This document shows, in pieces, positions 60,450 through 64,000 of a DNA stretch of 64,000 bases. The DNA is taken from positions 352,001 to 416,000 of the forward strand of contig CAWIEK010000053.1 of assembly GCA_963835065.1 (NCBI GenBank). Reading direction: 5' to 3'. The stretch comes from an uncultured Chthonomonadaceae bacterium. GTDB lineage: Bacteria; Armatimonadota; Chthonomonadetes; Chthonomonadales; Chthonomonadaceae. Under the pieces are notes generated by a model that saw only the letters and a program-made list of their open reading frames with translations, made no database searches and had not been told where the DNA came from. Made by a program: the position numbers and the translations under genes. The stretch's first letter is position 1, and every line of letters starts with the position of its first letter.

Positions 60450-60598
60450 AAAGAGAATAGACAGGGAAAAGGAAATAGACAGGATTAACACAGATTATTT
60501 GGATTAGACAGGATTTCTTCTGGAACGCTCCAGAATAATCCTGTTCAATCCCTCTAATCCTTCCTATTGCCTACTGCCTGCCCCCTACTGCCTGCTTT
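60450..60598. repeat. Degenerate ATAGACAGGATT / AATCCTGT inverted repeats plus CCTACTG units
   Basis: Motifs shared with 10470 and 33600-33700; between convergent genes. Confidence 0.6.
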
Positions 60599-61666
60599 TC
60601 ACGGCTGCTTGATCGTGTCTAAATGGACGAGCAGGTCGCCGCCTTTTTGCACGGAGCCGTTGAGGATGCCCACCGCGAGTTTCAGGCCGTAGCGCCCCAT
60701 CAGGTCGGGATGCTGTTCAATCGTGGCCGTCAGGTCACCGGAAGCGAGCGCGTCTTTCACGCCGGGAATGTTGTCGTAGCCCACGATTTTAACCTGGCCT
60801 TTTTTGCCCGCCTGGGCAACGGCTTTTAAGGCGCCGATAGCCATGTTGTCGTTGGCGCAGAAAATGCCGGCCAAATCGGGATTGGTTTGCAGAATCGTCT
60901 GCGTTTTGGCATACGCTTCTTCGGTTTTCCAGTTGGCCGTTTCCGTCGCCACGATGTTCATGTCCGTATTGGAGGTAATCGCGCCCAAAAAGCCCCGTTT
61001 CCGCGCCTCGGCATTGTCCACGCCGCGTATGCCTTCCAGAATGGCGATTTTGCCCTTGCCGCCCGTTGCCGCCAGCATTTCCTCGCCCGCCAGCTTGCCG
61101 CCTTCCTCGTTGTCGGCTCCCACATAGCCGCCCGGTTCCAGTCCCTGCGCTTTGGCGGTGGCCGGGTCGAGCCGGTTGTCCAGATTGACGATCAGAACGC
61201 CCTTATCCTGCGCGGCTTTCAGGACGGGAATCAGCGCTTTGCTGTCCGCCGGGGTAATCAGGATCGCCTTGACGCCGTTGTTCACTTCCGTTTGCACCAG
61301 GCCGACCTGCTGCTCCACGCTGGTTTCATCCGCCGCCGCCTGCACTTCGCCCTTGACGCCCAGTGTCTGCGCGGTTTCCTCAAACGCGGCGATCATCGGC
61401 TTGAAAAACTCGTTGTTGCGCGTTTTCACAATCAGCGCGATCTTGTAGGGTTCTTTCGCGCTCGTCACGGCGTCCAGTTCTTCCGTCGTAATAGCACGGT
61501 CGGAGGGCGGCGCGGTAAGTACCTTGTTTCCGTTGGAGTCGGAAGCGCCTGCCGCCATCTTGGGCATAGTCGGGGCGGTTGTCGTGGTTTCCGTCTGCTC
61601 CTTGCCGCAGCCCCACAGCGTGACAAGGCCGATCAGCGTCATAAGGGTCGCAAAATAGGGTCGCAT
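60599..61666 (-). CDS. Sugar ABC transporter substrate-binding lipoprotein (RbsB-like)
   Basis: LWGC lipobox, NEFF, YVGADN..GG, IFCANDNMAIGA, VGYD, TIEQHP. Confidence 0.92.
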   Translation of the reverse strand: MRPYFATLMTLIGLVTLWGCGKEQTETTTTAPTMPKMAAGASDSNGNKVLTAPPSDRAITTEELDAVTSAKEPYKIALIVKTRNNEFFKPMIAAFEETAQTLGVKGEVQAAADETSVEQQVGLVQTEVNNGVKAILITPADSKALIPVLKAAQDKGVLIVNLDNRLDPATAKAQGLEPGGYVGADNEEGGKLAGEEMLAATGGKGKIAILEGIRGVDNAEARKRGFLGAITSNTDMNIVATETANWKTEEAYAKTQTILQTNPDLAGIFCANDNMAIGALKAVAQAGKKGQVKIVGYDNIPGVKDALASGDLTATIEQHPDLMGRYGLKLAVGILNGSVQKGGDLLVHLDTIKQP

Positions 61667-62025
61667 CCATTTCTCCTTTATCGTTCCCGCGCAGGGTAGG
61701 CCCGGCGCGCGGCGATTGCCTGTATTTCTCGCGCTACCGCGTTGGATTTCACTCACATTAGATTGCAAATATTGCAATAATGTTACGTTAAATTGGCCGT
61801 TGATGTTCCGGTTTCCTGCCTGCGCCGCCTGGCTTCGCGCGCGGATTTTGGCGCGCAGGGAGGAACCGGGCGTAGATTCCTTGAACATGAGAACGCGCCA
61901 ACAATTCACAAAAGCCTTGCTTTAGGAAACGCCTCATTACCGGCAGCGACATACCTACGTTGCTGACCTCAATCCGGCTTCCCTATTTTGGCGCGCAGGA
62001 CAATGTTGTCAGGAAATTAACGAAA

Positions 62026-62714
62026 ATGAAATTGCTGATTGTGGAGGACGAAGCGCCGACAGCCGCGTATCTGCGGCGCGGATTGAGCGAGGAGGGGTTC
62101 GAGGTCGAAGTGGCTTCCTGCGTGGCTGCCGCCGAAGCCGCCCTCACCGCCTCTGCCTGCCATGCCATTCTGCTGGATGTGATGCTGCCCGGCGGCAGCG
62201 GCTTCGATCTGTGCCGACGCTGGCGCGAAGCGGGCATCACCACGCCGATTCTGTTTTTAACCGCGCGCGATGCTATAACCGACCGCGTACAGGGCTTGAA
62301 TCTGGGGGGCGACGATTACCTTGTGAAGCCGTTTGCGTTCGATGAACTGCTGGCCCGCGTTCGCGCGCTGCTGCGGCGGGGCAGTCTCCCCCCCAGAGTA
62401 AGCGCCTGCGCGTGGCTGATCTGGAACTCGACACGGAACGGCGGCGCGTCACGCGCAATGACCAGGCGCTTCCCCTGACAGCGCGGGAGTACCAACTGCT
62501 GGAATACTTTGTGGTCAATGCCGGCAAGGTCGTCTCGCGCGCCGATTTGTGGGACAACGTTTGGGGCAGCAATGCCGAACCGGACTCGAATGTCGTGGAT
62601 GTATACGTGCGCTACCTGCGCAACAAGCTGGGACGCGCGCCGGTCATTATTGAAACCGTGCGCGGAGCCGGGTATATGCTGAACGCGGGTAAGAAGTTGA
62701 TAGTTGATAGTTGA
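62026..62714 (+). CDS. OmpR/CusR family response regulator; frameshift in the C-run near 62390
   Basis: LIVEDE, LLDVMLP, FLTARD, DDYLVKPF; then LTAREY.LL, NVVDVYVRYLRNKL, ETVRGAGY. Confidence 0.9.
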
Positions 62715-62745
62715 TAGAAGCACAGGAACTATCAACTATCAACTC
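62695..62745. repeat. Short heptamer-arm inverted repeat (TTGATAG/CTATCAA) supplying the regulator stop codon
   Basis: Read directly. Confidence 0.8.
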
Positions 62746-62771
62746 CTAACCCGCATCGCTGGCAACAAACG

Positions 62772-64000
62772 ATGGGAGAAAAGCGAGTGAACCGCAGGAC
62801 CGCAGGACAGGCGGAATGGCTCCGGCTGTTGCGTCCGTCCACATTTCGCGCGCGCATCACGCTGGTAATGACGCTGCTGGCGCTGATCATACTGGCGCTG
62901 GTAGACGCGGCTGTCTATGCCGGGCGCTATCGCATGCTTCAAAACAACCTGGACGCTATTCTCCTGAACATTGCGCGTGAGCAGACCGGTTTCTTCCTTG
63001 AAGAATTGGGCAACGACTCCAACCCCGCAAACGCATCGGCGGCAAAGCCACTGGCGCTGCAGCTGCCCAGCGGCACGGCGTACGAAACGTATGTCCAGAT
63101 TGAGGATCGGACAGGCCGCATCCTGGCCCACACGTCAAACCTGGAGCATTTGCCGAGATTGCGCGTCCGGCAGGGAACGCGGGCGCAGGCGGAAACGGAC
63201 GGCCCGGTTTTTGAGGACATTGGGCCGGGCGCGGAGCCGATGCGTTGCCTGTGCTATCCGTTTGTTGGCGCAGGCGAAAGGCCGTTGCTGGCGCTGATTG
63301 CCGTGTCGGAAGAGCCGATGGTCAGCAGCCTGCGCTCCCTGACAATGCTGTTGAGCGGTTCTCTCGTGTTTGGCGGACTTGCCTTTGCGCTGGCCTCGTC
63401 GCGCCTGTCCCTGCGCCTGACGCGCCCTTTGGAGCAGATCGCGGCCGTTGCCCGCAATGTGGAAGAGACCAATCTGTACGCCCGCCTTCCCGAAGTGTCG
63501 CCGGATAAGGAACTGCGCGACGTGACGGAAGTGCTGAATGAGATGCTGGAACGCCTGGAAATAGCGTTTGCGCAGCAGCAGGCGCTTGTGGCCGAACAGC
63601 AGGCGCTTGTCCTTGCGCAGCAAAGGTTCGTGGCGGATGCGTCGCATGAACTGCGCTCGCCCCTGTCCAACCTGTATGGAACCGTTGAGGTGGCGCTTCG
63701 CCGCCCGCGCGCGCCGGAGGATTATCGGGATACGCTGGCTATCGCCCTTGCCGAAATTCAGCGCTTATCGCGCCTTGTGGAAGACTTGCTCACGCTGTCG
63801 CGGGCGGATGCCGGCCAATTTTCCCTGAACCGCCAGGCGTGTGACCTGGGCGCTATCGCCTGCGATTCGATGCAGGCACATGCCGCGCGCGCCGAACAAA
63901 ACGGCGTGATGCTGCAGCTTTTCAAGGCCGAGCAGACGCCCGTGTACGGGGACCGGGACCGGCTGCGGCAGGTGGTGGACAATCTGCTGGACAATGCCTT
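62772..64000 (+). CDS. HAMP-domain sensor histidine kinase, runs off the right edge
   Basis: Manual translation: two TM helices, TRPLEQI, H-box FVADASHELRSPL, RLRQVVDNLLDNA. Confidence 0.92.
   Translation, partial: MGEKRVNRRTAGQAEWLRLLRPSTFRARITLVMTLLALIILALVDAAVYAGRYRMLQNNLDAILLNIAREQTGFFLEELGNDSNPANASAAKPLALQLPSGTAYETYVQIEDRTGRILAHTSNLEHLPRLRVRQGTRAQAETDGPVFEDIGPGAEPMRCLCYPFVGAGERPLLALIAVSEEPMVSSLRSLTMLLSGSLVFGGLAFALASSRLSLRLTRPLEQIAAVARNVEETNLYARLPEVSPDKELRDVTEVLNEMLERLEIAFAQQQALVAEQQALVLAQQRFVADASHELRSPLSNLYGTVEVALRRPRAPEDYRDTLAIALAEIQRLSRLVEDLLTLSRADAGQFSLNRQACDLGAIACDSMQAHAARAEQNGVMLQLFKAEQTPVYGDRDRLRQVVDNLLDNA

Overview
Bacterial chromosomal window. The PEP-CTERM proteins, lineage-style secreted proteins, ACIII plus an A2-type caa3 oxidase and TGnTATAAT promoters suggest Armatimonadota or a similar diderm; that assignment is inference only. 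The core is a ~17.3 kb respiratory cluster (16.2-33.5 kb): ctaA, ctaB, alternative complex III actABCDEFG, SCO and oxidase subunits II, I, III and IV. Around it are secreted or periplasmic enzymes, dps, a dac-rluB-ABC run, an ECF sigma with a ZAS/ankyrin anti-sigma, a large beta-barrel-like protein with a SprA-like motif, and several small toxin/defence-like modules. The most unusual features are non-coding. (1) A ~300 bp element occurs twice, 40 kb apart (10503-10809, 51026-51311); each copy has divergent promoter-like motifs, two hairpin-sequestered RBSs, an 8-codon uORF and a conserved peptide start. (2) From 9.6 to 16 kb, accessory genes are each bounded by related AACCGCGAAA/CACCAC-type repeats, like a cassette array. 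(3) Inverted elements with heptamer-repeat arms and ~52-59 bp spacers sit at operon junctions; one lies between the apparent SD and the start codon of actB. (4) There are REP-like hairpins with compensatory stem changes. About ten genes are split, mostly by 1-2 nt indels in short runs, which most likely reflects long-read consensus error. I found no rRNA, tRNA, CRISPR array, integrase or intact transposase.
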